IMG/VR virus record: IMGVR_UViG_3300033463_000054
Location: 30,898 to 94,897 of that record
Origin: a virus
Lineage: Duplodnaviria; Caudoviricetes
Length of the DNA: 64,000 nucleotides
Reading direction: 5' to 3' (one strand)
Positions within the stretch are counted from its first letter, which is position 1. Every line of letters begins with the position of its first letter. Below the pieces are notes generated by a model. The model did not search any database and had not been told where the DNA came from. It was given only the letters and a program-made list of their open reading frames with translations. This document shows positions 39,745 through 48,527 of the stretch, piece by piece. The position numbers were made by a program, and so were the translations under genes.

Positions 39745-42660
39745 TTAATCCTTCTTGTTAGGATTCATATAATTTATTACGGTAGATCTTGATACGCCAA
39801 TAGCATCTGCTATCTCAGTATTACTGTATCCAGAATTCTTCATGGCTTCTATTTTATTAATTTTAGCCTGTGTGAGAGCAGGTCTGTCCTTAGGCATAGC
39901 GTACTTTCGAAGTTGATCTTGATCACACTTCTGGAAGATGTCAGACTGTTTGCTACTATGAATTGCTCCAGCCTGAATAGCTTCCCATTCTCTAGGCGTA
40001 ATGTCTATCTTTATAGATTTAGCACCAACTTCTTCACGCGCTTTAGTCATCTCTTGTTGCGCGACCTTCTTACGATACTTATTAAGTTCAGTCTTACCAT
40101 AATCGGGATGATCGTCCTTATAATATTGCATACGCTCATCTATTCTAGCATCAGCTCTAAGTTGGGCTTGTCTCTCACGAGGTCTGTTCTTATTAACCAT
40201 AAGAAGTTTCTCGTCAAGTGACTTAACTTCAGGAGCATACTTAGCAGCCGCCTCTTTACTATAAGTCATAGTCGGTGTATTAACAGCTGTCTTTCTCGCA
40301 TAATTAGCCAACGATTTAAGTTCACTAGCATAACCAGCGTATGCTTCTTCTTGCACAGTACCTGAAGAAAGAGTATAAGGATCTTTAGTAATAGACATCC
40401 TATCAACCTTGGTAAAACGTTCAACAGTCTTACCTTTCTTATCCTTATAAAAACGTTCGCTATCAGGAGCTGTTCTATAGGTTATTTCGCCGGTTTCTTT
40501 ATCTATTATACCAGAACCCTTCCTAAGAGGTATTCTAGCTTCAGAACCTGCCATAGTAAGAAGTGTTGATGCACCGGTACTATAACGCCCTGTTTCAGGA
40601 TCAATGTGTCCTTTCCAGCGCTTAGTAAGAGCATCAATGTTATTGTCTCTCTTAGAAGCTTCATAATCTAGATGATGCTTAGCAGAGTCAATGACAACCA
40701 TAGAATGTTTTGTAGCACATGCAAGTTCCTGATCAGAAGCGCCCTTAAGAGTCATGTCCATAATAAGATTTGAAACCATACCCATTTGCTTCTGCTGATC
40801 AGCACCCTTCTTCATGATCTTATTTGAATAACCAGTAGGAGATTTAGGGTCAGGAATACCGGGATATGCCATCTTAGTATCAAAGTCCTTAAGACCATCA
40901 AGAGGTTCTCTATTAGTTACAGACGTAGCTTTATTCTTTCCAGTAGGTAAAACAAGAACTGTATCGCCATCGAAATCGGCACCAGAAAGTCTTTCTGCTA
41001 CATGTGCATTTATACCGACTGCATCCAAAGCATTAGCTCCAAGAACTCTCTTACCTTCAGCATTCTTGTTATTAACTGTCAATATAGGTATCTGTCCAGT
41101 GTTCTCGTGAGGAAATCTTACAAGAGCAACTTTCTCACCATCTTTATAGTTCGGAGCATAAACTTCAGTATCCTTAATATCGGTAAGAGGCAAAATAACC
41201 TGATACTTCTGTCGAGGTAATGCTGCTGCAGACAATGTCGCCGCATTCGTATCACAGTCTCCAGCAAAATCCATTAAATACTTCTTTCGAAGAGAAGGAT
41301 TCTCAAGAGCCATTATTTCGTCAAGTTCTTCTTTTCTGTCAGCTATAGACAATTTAAGCTGTGTCTGAATAAACTCTGGTTTCTGCTTAGCCAAGAACTG
41401 AGAAGGTAAAGTATCAGACCATTCATTCCAGTCGCCTTCTTCTCTTGTTTTATTTATAGGACTAAGCTTCATCTTTCCTGTTTTAGGATCCTTATATTCA
41501 TATTGTCCACCAGCAGTAACTTTAACTACTTCACCGGTTTCAGGATCGCGATATTCTTCTCTTTCTCCAGTCTTAATAAGCGCACCAAAAGGATTCTTAG
41601 GATCCTTCTCGGCAGGCTTAAGAACACCTTTGCCGTTCTCGTCAGGCATTAAAGAAGTTCCGCGTTTCTTGTTGGAGTTAATAAGAATATCATAACCTTC
41701 AGGAATGTCATCAGAATATAATGCCATTCCCTTAATATAGGCCTTACCGTCAACAAGAGTTCTTATCTGAGCATAATGAGAATTACCGAGAGAAAGATCT
41801 TCAACACCACGTCTTATCTCGATAACACCGTCTTTGTCCTTACCACCATCTTCAGCATATCTAACATAAATACGCTTACTATCAAGTGACGAAGGAGGCT
41901 GAGTTTTAACATATGTCGCTCCACCATCGTGAGAATGATAATCATCGATGGTATGAATTTCTTCATGATAGAGATCTTTCTGTTGTGTTCCCGGAGGTGC
42001 AATTACTCTTATTGTTGTAGACTTACCCGGATTCGTAGGCTGGTTAACTCTTCGGTTAGATACAAAATATCCATCAGCTTGGCAAACAATAAGAGCCTCA
42101 TCAAGCATGTTTCTAGAACATCCAAGACTAAGCTCTGCTGATTTACCTACATCGATAATACCCTTTTCGTCAACCTTCTTCTTAAGAACTTCAGCGGTTG
42201 CTTGAGCACCAGTCTGTTTAGCAATTTCATTAGCACGAATATAATTACCAACAGTCGTGTCAGGAATACCAAGTTTTCTACTTATCTCAAGGTTAGAATA
42301 TCCCTTCTCGTGAAGATTCTTACAATGAGTAATAAGTTCGGCCCTTCTTTGATTACTAGCGATAGCTTCATAAACTCGAAACTCCTTGATCTCCATTTCA
42401 AGTTCTTCGGATATCTGTTTAGCAGTCATTCCCTGTTTCTTAAGTTCATTTACACGACTAAGAAAGTCACCACTATGTTGATAAGGTGCATCACCAGAAC
42501 CCCAAGGATATCTACCAGAATGTCTCTTAGTTCCGTAATGCATTAGAACATCATCATTAGAATCATTAGAATAATTAGAATCAACAGATTCGGTGCTATT
42601 TGAAATATCAACAGGTTCATCAAGAAGACTATTGACATGTTCTAAAATATCCATAATCAT
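39745..42660 (-). CDS. Putative single-subunit two-barrel (DPBB) RNA polymerase with N- and C-terminal HTH domains
   Basis: RFP motif followed by LSGADFDGD (ADFDGD at 40963-40980); upstream YIKGM; three HTH-like segments. Confidence 0.7.
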   Translation of the reverse strand: MIMDILEHVNSLLDEPVDISNSTESVDSNYSNDSNDDVLMHYGTKRHSGRYPWGSGDAPYQHSGDFLSRVNELKKQGMTAKQISEELEMEIKEFRVYEAIASNQRRAELITHCKNLHEKGYSNLEISRKLGIPDTTVGNYIRANEIAKQTGAQATAEVLKKKVDEKGIIDVGKSAELSLGCSRNMLDEALIVCQADGYFVSNRRVNQPTNPGKSTTIRVIAPPGTQQKDLYHEEIHTIDDYHSHDGGATYVKTQPPSSLDSKRIYVRYAEDGGKDKDGVIEIRRGVEDLSLGNSHYAQIRTLVDGKAYIKGMALYSDDIPEGYDILINSNKKRGTSLMPDENGKGVLKPAEKDPKNPFGALIKTGEREEYRDPETGEVVKVTAGGQYEYKDPKTGKMKLSPINKTREEGDWNEWSDTLPSQFLAKQKPEFIQTQLKLSIADRKEELDEIMALENPSLRKKYLMDFAGDCDTNAATLSAAALPRQKYQVILPLTDIKDTEVYAPNYKDGEKVALVRFPHENTGQIPILTVNNKNAEGKRVLGANALDAVGINAHVAERLSGADFDGDTVLVLPTGKNKATSVTNREPLDGLKDFDTKMAYPGIPDPKSPTGYSNKIMKKGADQQKQMGMVSNLIMDMTLKGASDQELACATKHSMVVIDSAKHHLDYEASKRDNNIDALTKRWKGHIDPETGRYSTGASTLLTMAGSEARIPLRKGSGIIDKETGEITYRTAPDSERFYKDKKGKTVERFTKVDRMSITKDPYTLSSGTVQEEAYAGYASELKSLANYARKTAVNTPTMTYSKEAAAKYAPEVKSLDEKLLMVNKNRPRERQAQLRADARIDERMQYYKDDHPDYGKTELNKYRKKVAQQEMTKAREEVGAKSIKIDITPREWEAIQAGAIHSSKQSDIFQKCDQDQLRKYAMPKDRPALTQAKINKIEAMKNSGYSNTEIADAIGVSRSTVINYMNPNKKD

Positions 42661-43313
42661 GTTCCTTTCATAGTATTAATAAATGCATCACGTTTCTTGA
42701 TCGTATCCATCATGTCCAAAATATCATGAACGTCTGGCTGCTCAATAACAACATCCTGATTGGTCTGATATATACGAAGTTCTATCTCGCAATCAACAGC
42801 TTTGTATTCGCGATAGTCAAGAAAGAAAAGAGCAGCGTAAATCATAAGCTGTTCTATCTTTGGCTGGGATGCTCCAGTCTTTAAGTCAAATATCCGCAAG
42901 AAATTCTTCTTATCATTGAAATCTATAGCGTCAGCATGTCCGAAACAATTGTCGCTAAAATATAAACAAACTTCAGGGTCCATCCTATAGCCTATAGCAT
43001 CATTGACATAACGACACATATTGTCATACATATCATCAAACGGAATATAGTCAATGACTTTGCGAGGAACACCTTTGTCAAGAAGGCTTATAAGAATATC
43101 GCTCTTATTCTTCTTGCTCATACGGTATCCAATAAGAGGACCTTTAGCTATACGCTTAGCTGCTTCGTCATGCATCAACGTTCCAATTGTTTGAGCATAC
43201 GAATTACAAAATCGTTTCTCAAAGTCATCGTCTTCGTCATAAATCCAATATGACTGTGACGGGCTCAAGACAGAGTGTGAACCTCTAAGTCTTGAAAAAT
43301 TCTTCCATTGCAT
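42657..43313 (-). CDS. PD-(D/E)XK Cas4/RecB-like nuclease
   Basis: GTLMH, GHADAI, IFDLKTG, QLMIYA. Confidence 0.8.
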   Translation of the reverse strand: MQWKNFSRLRGSHSVLSPSQSYWIYDEDDDFEKRFCNSYAQTIGTLMHDEAAKRIAKGPLIGYRMSKKNKSDILISLLDKGVPRKVIDYIPFDDMYDNMCRYVNDAIGYRMDPEVCLYFSDNCFGHADAIDFNDKKNFLRIFDLKTGASQPKIEQLMIYAALFFLDYREYKAVDCEIELRIYQTNQDVVIEQPDVHDILDMMDTIKKRDAFINTMKGT

Positions 43314-43584
43314 CGAGTGTTTCCTCCTTATTCTCAGGATAAATAAATCGAGCAAAGGACATAGAGTCACAATGCTCGACATAATAATCCTGATTCGGTT
43401 GGTGTTTTTCATTGGCGCTCTTCTTACATTCAAGCATTGCCCACTTATCACCATACATCACAGACAAGTCAGGAATGCCCTGAATATAATTAGCGTCATT
43501 CTTTAATACAACACATCCGTCAAACCGCTCCTTGATTTCACGAATGAGATTGGCTTGAAATTTATTCTCTTTAGCATTAGCCAT
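43285..43584 (-). CDS. VRR-NUC-like nuclease/resolvase
   Basis: ENKFQ, GIPDL, LECK, QPNQDYY. Confidence 0.8.
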   Translation of the reverse strand: MANAKENKFQANLIREIKERFDGCVVLKNDANYIQGIPDLSVMYGDKWAMLECKKSANEKHQPNQDYYVEHCDSMSFARFIYPENKEETLDAMEEFFKT

Positions 43585-43606
43585 AAATATCAACAACCTT
43601 AATTAC

Positions 43607-44010
43607 AAGTCTTTTAGTTTTTAGAATGTTTGAGTCAACCATTTACATCGCATGCATCGACAAACAAATGATGTAAGTCATAAGAAGACCACAAGAAAGC
43701 AAGAGAATATCAACAGTCATTGTTTGTTACATCTTGTCGTGAGAGCCAACAAAACACAATTGTCAATATTCATCAAACAACCAACAACTTAAAGGAGATG
43801 AGTTGTCATGGGCAAAAGAAATGGACAAAAGAAAGATATAAGATTGGAGGTATATCTTCATGTCGCTAAAGCTAACTAAAGCTAAGGAGTGAAGCTCTAA
43901 ACCGATTAATAGAGCAGATCACCTATGAAGAATCCTGTTAAGAATTCAACAAACCGAATAGAAAGGAATGGGACACGGTCAACTCAAACACTCTAAAAAC
44001 TAAAAGACTT
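43607..44010 (-). ncRNA. ~400-nt structured RNA closed by a 34-bp stem
   Basis: 43607-43640 pairs with 43977-44010; three mismatches, all G-U on the minus strand; no ORF; promoter motif ~80 nt upstream. Confidence 0.7.
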
Positions 44011-44029
44011 AAAGAGAAGTGTAATACCT

Positions 44030-44740
44030 CTCATTTTGCGTAATCAACATAAATTCGCGTTACGCGAAACGCTGGCATTTTCTCTTCTCTTCCATAATAT
44101 AGCATGTAATTTTTGCGAGTTTGTGATAGTTTTGTGAAAATTGTGAACAAATTGTGAACAACAGCAGAAATCGCCCGAAAATAGGTCGTGAAGAAGAAAA
44201 ATTAGTTTCTATCCAAAAATCCAGTTTTATTTCTTATTTATTATACGCGAAAAAATCACTAAAAATAATAAAAGGGTAGAAAAAAACTGGTTATTTGGTT
44301 AAAAAATGAACAAATGGCTTCCCTACGTCGTTTGACGCCAACCACTTTCCATACCAGTTTTGGTTTTTAACCAGTTTTGTGAGCGAATTTTTCGCGTTAC
44401 GCGAATTTTTAAAAATCGACTTTCAAAAATAAGTGGTTTTTTGGCAAAACTGGTTATAAAACTGGTTATAAAAGTGGTTAGAAAATCGCCTAAAATTACA
44501 CAAAAATACACTAAATTTCAGTGAAATTTGCCTGTCAAAACCTTAAAATATCAACAAATTCATGCCCACACGACCTCTCAACCTACGAAATTATGAACAA
44601 ATTATGAACAGATTTCTCATAACGCGAAATAATGACAAAAATAAGAGACCGTGTAAGTAACTAAAAACGCCCAAAAACACATTAATTTAGACCAAAAACA
44701 CCTTAAAATATCAACAAATCCGACCTAAATTAAAGCGAAA
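44030..44740. other. AT-rich non-coding region with iterated repeats, candidate replication origin
   Basis: Palindrome TTCGCGTTACGCGAA at 44054 and 44391; tandem AAAACTGGTTAT; TGAACAAATT repeats. Confidence 0.5.
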
Positions 44741-44781
44741 AAGAGAAGAGCATGTGTTCTCACATACCCTTCTCATTGGTT

Positions 44782-44976
44782 TTACTCCTCGTCAATCTTC
44801 AACGTAATAATATTATTAAGCGTCAAAAGACCCACGATATTCTGATTGTCGCCCTTTACGCAGGTGACAAGCCATTTTCTGTCATCGGAAATAAAGACAT
44901 CATTCTTGTCCTTATTTACGCTGAACTGAACCTTCTTGCCGTTCTCGTACATTGCTGCAACATTAATCTTTGCCAT
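44782..44976 (-). CDS. Small beta protein, paralogue of 45807-46007
   Basis: Own promoter motif, AGGAGG RBS and terminator. Confidence 0.8.
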   Translation of the reverse strand: MAKINVAAMYENGKKVQFSVNKDKNDVFISDDRKWLVTCVKGDNQNIVGLLTLNNIITLKIDEE

Positions 44977-45143
44977 AGTGTTTCCTCCTAAAATATTAAA
45001 ATATTAAATATTGATTTGGCTTTCTTGCCATATAAGAGTATGTACATTTTGCGATACGCGAATTAATTACAAACTGATACACGAAAAACTAAGAGGCCAT
45101 GTATCAATCCTCAAATATCAACACGACCTTTTAGCCGTGAAAT

Positions 45144-45257
45144 TCATTCTTCTTCAATTATAACATCATTGCCGAATATTGTTTTAACATCTGTGTCGTT
45201 TGAAACAGTCACCTTCATCTCATAACCATCTTCAAATATCACCTTAATAATTCTCAT
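45144..45257 (-). CDS. 37-aa protein not in the ORF track
   Basis: MRIIKVIFEDGYEMKVTV...; AAGGAG RBS, own promoter motif and terminator. Confidence 0.7.
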   Translation of the reverse strand: MRIIKVIFEDGYEMKVTVSNDTDVKTIFGNDVIIEEE

Positions 45258-45433
45258 AATATTCACTCCTTATTAGTTATTAATTGAATACTCAATGGTA
45301 TTCCATATAAGAGCGTGTTATATATGCGAACTTCGTTTACTTTAAACTAGATGCGTGTCATATATGCAAATATCAACAAAGCAAAAACTAAGAGGCCATG
45401 TATTTTCTACACGACCTCAGTCTTTATTTAATC

Positions 45434-45679
45434 CTAGTCGTCGTAATTTTTGTATAGCAATTTAGCAAATATTTGATTTATTGGGTTAAAAAGCCACATA
45501 ACAAACCCGATATCTTTATTTTTGATTATAATGTAATCGCGTTCATCGTCGCAAGATGCATAACACGGATCTTCCGCAATATGCATTACCGCTTCTTCGA
45601 TTACACGTATCATATATTTGATACCGCAGTTGTTAAATGGCGAAATTTCACCTTTAAATCTTTTCATTTTTCTTGCCAT
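45434..45679 (-). CDS. Hypothetical protein
   Basis: RBS, promoter motif and terminator. Confidence 0.7.
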   Translation of the reverse strand: MARKMKRFKGEISPFNNCGIKYMIRVIEEAVMHIAEDPCYASCDDERDYIIIKNKDIGFVMWLFNPINQIFAKLLYKNYDD

Positions 45680-45806
45680 AAAAATCAACTCCTTCCATAT
45701 AAGCGTATGTAATATTTACGATCTAAAATATCAACAAAACAAAAAACAAAAGAAGATGTACAAACGAAAAAGAGAAGAGGCTGTGTAAGCCCCTTCCTTT
45801 GTTTGG

Positions 45807-46007
45807 TTACCGCTCAACCATCCTAGTTCTCAGGGTTTTTACTTCCTTAAGATTTACGATTCCGACCACGGTATCAGTATCGTCCTTGAGCCAAGTGAGG
45901 AAGTAGTCATCGGTCACGGTGTATTTATACTGTGCCGTGTCGATTTCAAACTTCTCATTCTTGCCGTCCTTGAACTGAACCTCTACGTTAATCATTCTCT
46001 TTGCCAT
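45807..46007 (-). CDS. Small beta protein, paralogue of 44782-44976
   Basis: MAKRMINV...VVGIVNL; own promoter motif and terminator. Confidence 0.8.
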   Translation of the reverse strand: MAKRMINVEVQFKDGKNEKFEIDTAQYKYTVTDDYFLTWLKDDTDTVVGIVNLKEVKTLRTRMVER

Positions 46008-46215
46008 AATTAAGTCCTCCTTAAATATTAAGATATTAGTTGAAGAGTAATCCTCTCCATATAAGCCGGTGTAAAATTTGCGAATCGCGAATTAAATATC
46101 AACAAGATAAAAACTAAGAGGCCATGTAATTTCTACACGACCTCTAGACCTCTATTAGTCTTAAGCCATCTTTTTTAGGCCCATAGACTTATCTGGCACC
46201 TTATAATTTTTATTA

Positions 46216-46482
46216 TTATTGCGGTTTCTGTTCCTGTGTTTCATCGAGCTTTTTCTCAATTTCAGTAACTGTTTTATCAAATGCAGCAATAGCACCCTTT
46301 TGTATCTCTGCACTACGCTTCATAAGATCTTGAGTAAACGAAATGCGAATATTATCAAGCTTTTCCTGAAACATTCGTTCTTCTTCCTCTTCTTCGCGCT
46401 TTCTATTATAGAAGTAGTCAATGGCTAAGAATGTGCCTGCAACTAAAGCACTACCTATAATAATCTTATGAATATTTCTCAT
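46216..46482 (-). CDS. Small membrane-anchored coiled-coil protein
   Basis: N-terminal hydrophobic helix. Confidence 0.65.
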   Translation of the reverse strand: MRNIHKIIIGSALVAGTFLAIDYFYNRKREEEEEERMFQEKLDNIRISFTQDLMKRSAEIQKGAIAAFDKTVTEIEKKLDETQEQKPQ

Positions 46483-46505
46483 AAATATCAACACCTCTAT
46501 CTATA

Positions 46506-46826
46506 TTACTCATCAAATATCCCATCAAACACAGCTTCCAAGTCTTCCATCCAAACAGGAGCCCCACGACCAAATATCAAGAAGTCTGTCGTCACGTCAA
46601 AGAACAAAGCCAGTCTAGCAAGTGACTCAGCATTAGGCGTACGTTTACCATACTCCCACTGAAATAATGCCGACTTAGACACACCGATCTCCTTAGCTAC
46701 TTTCTCAACCGACAAACATCTCTTCTTCCTAAGAACATAGATTCTCTTACCGAACTTAACCGGGTCAAAGAAGAAATCCGCTTTACCCGACTTAAAACCA
46801 TGTTCACGAGCTCTTTCAGTCATCAA
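46506..46826 (-). CDS. XRE-family HTH regulator
   Basis: VAKEIGVSKSALFQWEYGKRTP...FDVTTDFL. Confidence 0.9.
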   Translation of the reverse strand: MMTERAREHGFKSGKADFFFDPVKFGKRIYVLRKKRCLSVEKVAKEIGVSKSALFQWEYGKRTPNAESLARLALFFDVTTDFLIFGRGAPVWMEDLEAVFDGIFDE

Positions 46827-47332
46827 ATATCAACTCCTTCTCGCCTCTCAGGTCTACGATAATGATACGCCCTATACGAATCAGGTCTACGATAGAGATA
46901 TGTCATATGCGAACTTCCGCTATTAGGATTGAATCTATCTCGATAATTGTTGAGTACATCAGCTGTATAGTCCATCTCGGCTTTAAGGTCTATTCCTGCT
47001 TCCTTAATTGCGTCAAATATCATTACCTGTTCATCAGTCGAAAGAACATCCTTAGAATATTCACGATATGCATAAGGTATGATAACAGGACCACCCTCAT
47101 GATCGATAAATCTTACATAGAAATCCTCTTCATACTTAATAGGATCGGGACCAAACTCAGCAAGAATCTCAATCTCTATCGACGGAAGCTGAAGAACATA
47201 CTTAGCATCATCCGGCACCTTCTCAAATGTCATCTCACCATCAAGAGAATGCTCATTATACGAATAAAACGCTGTCATATCCACGAAACCATAACCAACC
47301 TGCTTAGAAACACCAACAATATGCTTAATCAT
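46823..47332 (-). CDS. Hypothetical protein
   Basis: 169-aa ORF with RBS. Confidence 0.7.
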   Translation of the reverse strand: MIKHIVGVSKQVGYGFVDMTAFYSYNEHSLDGEMTFEKVPDDAKYVLQLPSIEIEILAEFGPDPIKYEEDFYVRFIDHEGGPVIIPYAYREYSKDVLSTDEQVMIFDAIKEAGIDLKAEMDYTADVLNNYRDRFNPNSGSSHMTYLYRRPDSYRAYHYRRPERREGVDI

Positions 47333-47436
47333 AACTAATTTCCTCCGTTTTCATGTAATTTTCACACAATTTTCACAAAACTATCACATAACTTACACAA
47401 AACAGCCAATAGATAGCTTATTTTCCACTGTCAACT

Positions 47437-47643
47437 CTATTCTCTAAATTCTCTCAGTCTCGACACTGCATCTTCGCGAATATCAACAGCCACTGCATCT
47501 ATGATCTCGCTACAGCTATCACGAACCGTTTTCTTCTCTGACTCCCTCTGCTTCTCCTCGATCTTCCTAAATATCAAATCAACCAGAGCCACAGCTATTG
47601 TCCCACATATAGCAGTACACAAAAGTTTCTCAGCGTTAGTCAT
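47437..47643 (-). CDS. Small membrane-anchored protein, similar to 46216-46482
   Basis: N-terminal hydrophobic helix then a charged tail. Confidence 0.6.
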   Translation of the reverse strand: MTNAEKLLCTAICGTIAVALVDLIFRKIEEKQRESEKKTVRDSCSEIIDAVAVDIREDAVSRLREFRE

Positions 47644-48508
47644 AATTATTCTTCTCCTTCCAAATATCAACACTATAATACTCCACGAACTTATTGACAG
47701 ACAGCCAATTGTCGCAACCACGATCAGAACATGCTTGATTGTAGTCGTCTATTAAGTCCTTATACTCGTCTACCGAAGCTTTCGACACACCAAAGATGTC
47801 ACTAAGAATATCAATCACTTCTGACTCGTTGTTGTAGTATTTATTACCCGTGTCATATAGTTCAAACACTTTACGATCAGTATCTGTAACCTCGACTGTC
47901 TTCTTATCAAATATAACATGACCCTTACGATGCAGAGGTTTGCCACGCTTACCGTATCTAATCGCGTATGTTGTGCCTGAAAGATCTGCGTATGCATCAA
48001 TGTAATAATTATCTTTGAAGTCCGGATACTCAAGATCACAGTTATGTTTTACATAGTAAAATCCACCTTCTTCCGTAGCCATCAAACTATACGAAATATC
48101 AAGGCCTAACTTTTCAAACATACGATCCCATACATTAGGCATAGGATCCCACGCAGTAGTTGTCGTAAGACTAAGCATGGCATTACCACGACTATCCATG
48201 CGGTAATTCCTCGACCAGTCTTCAGGATACTCATCGTCATAATATCCATCAAGCAGATCAAAACTACCACGACATGAATAATCCTTACCGTCATCAGGCG
48301 TCTTTACATAGTGACCACTATACGATTTCTTATCAGGCACTATCTCAAGAAGCCCAACTTCAGCAAGCACATTACCCAGCCACGTACGACCGAACCCATA
48401 ATCACCTATGACAGAGTTTCTCTTGGCATTCATCAAAGTCTTATAGAAAATATCAATATCCTCACGACTACCATGAAATATATAATCTGTCCAGCACCAA
48501 TTAGGCAT
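47636..48508 (-). CDS. MPNWC-family (DUF1281/YubB-like) protein
   Basis: MPNWC start, TTAWDP, EEGG motifs. Confidence 0.6.
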   Translation of the reverse strand: MPNWCWTDYIFHGSREDIDIFYKTLMNAKRNSVIGDYGFGRTWLGNVLAEVGLLEIVPDKKSYSGHYVKTPDDGKDYSCRGSFDLLDGYYDDEYPEDWSRNYRMDSRGNAMLSLTTTTAWDPMPNVWDRMFEKLGLDISYSLMATEEGGFYYVKHNCDLEYPDFKDNYYIDAYADLSGTTYAIRYGKRGKPLHRKGHVIFDKKTVEVTDTDRKVFELYDTGNKYYNNESEVIDILSDIFGVSKASVDEYKDLIDDYNQACSDRGCDNWLSVNKFVEYYSVDIWKEKNNYD

Positions 48509-48527
48509 AAATTAATACTCCTCTCTG

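Larger units (their letters stand above)
45085..46147 (-). terminator. Three copies of a terminator hairpin (~45085, ~45383, ~46109)
   Basis: Plus strand AAAACTAAGAGGCCATGTA...ACACGACCT; G-U pairs and a U-tract on the minus strand. Confidence 0.75.

Noticed and set aside
42657-43313. Cas4 as evidence of a CRISPR-Cas system
   Set aside because: Stand-alone Cas4-like nucleases are common in phages; no other cas genes or array are present.
43607-44010. Inverted repeats as ends of a MITE or invertible segment; plus-strand CsrB-like sponge
   Set aside because: Closing-stem mismatches are all G-U compatible on the minus strand only, no target-site duplication or recombinase is evident, and the upstream promoter motif points leftward. 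The sponge reading is less favoured but not excluded.
44092-46150. CRISPR-like array of repeats
   Set aside because: Repeats are degenerate and separated by 250-900 nt containing genes; they fit promoter/terminator cassettes.
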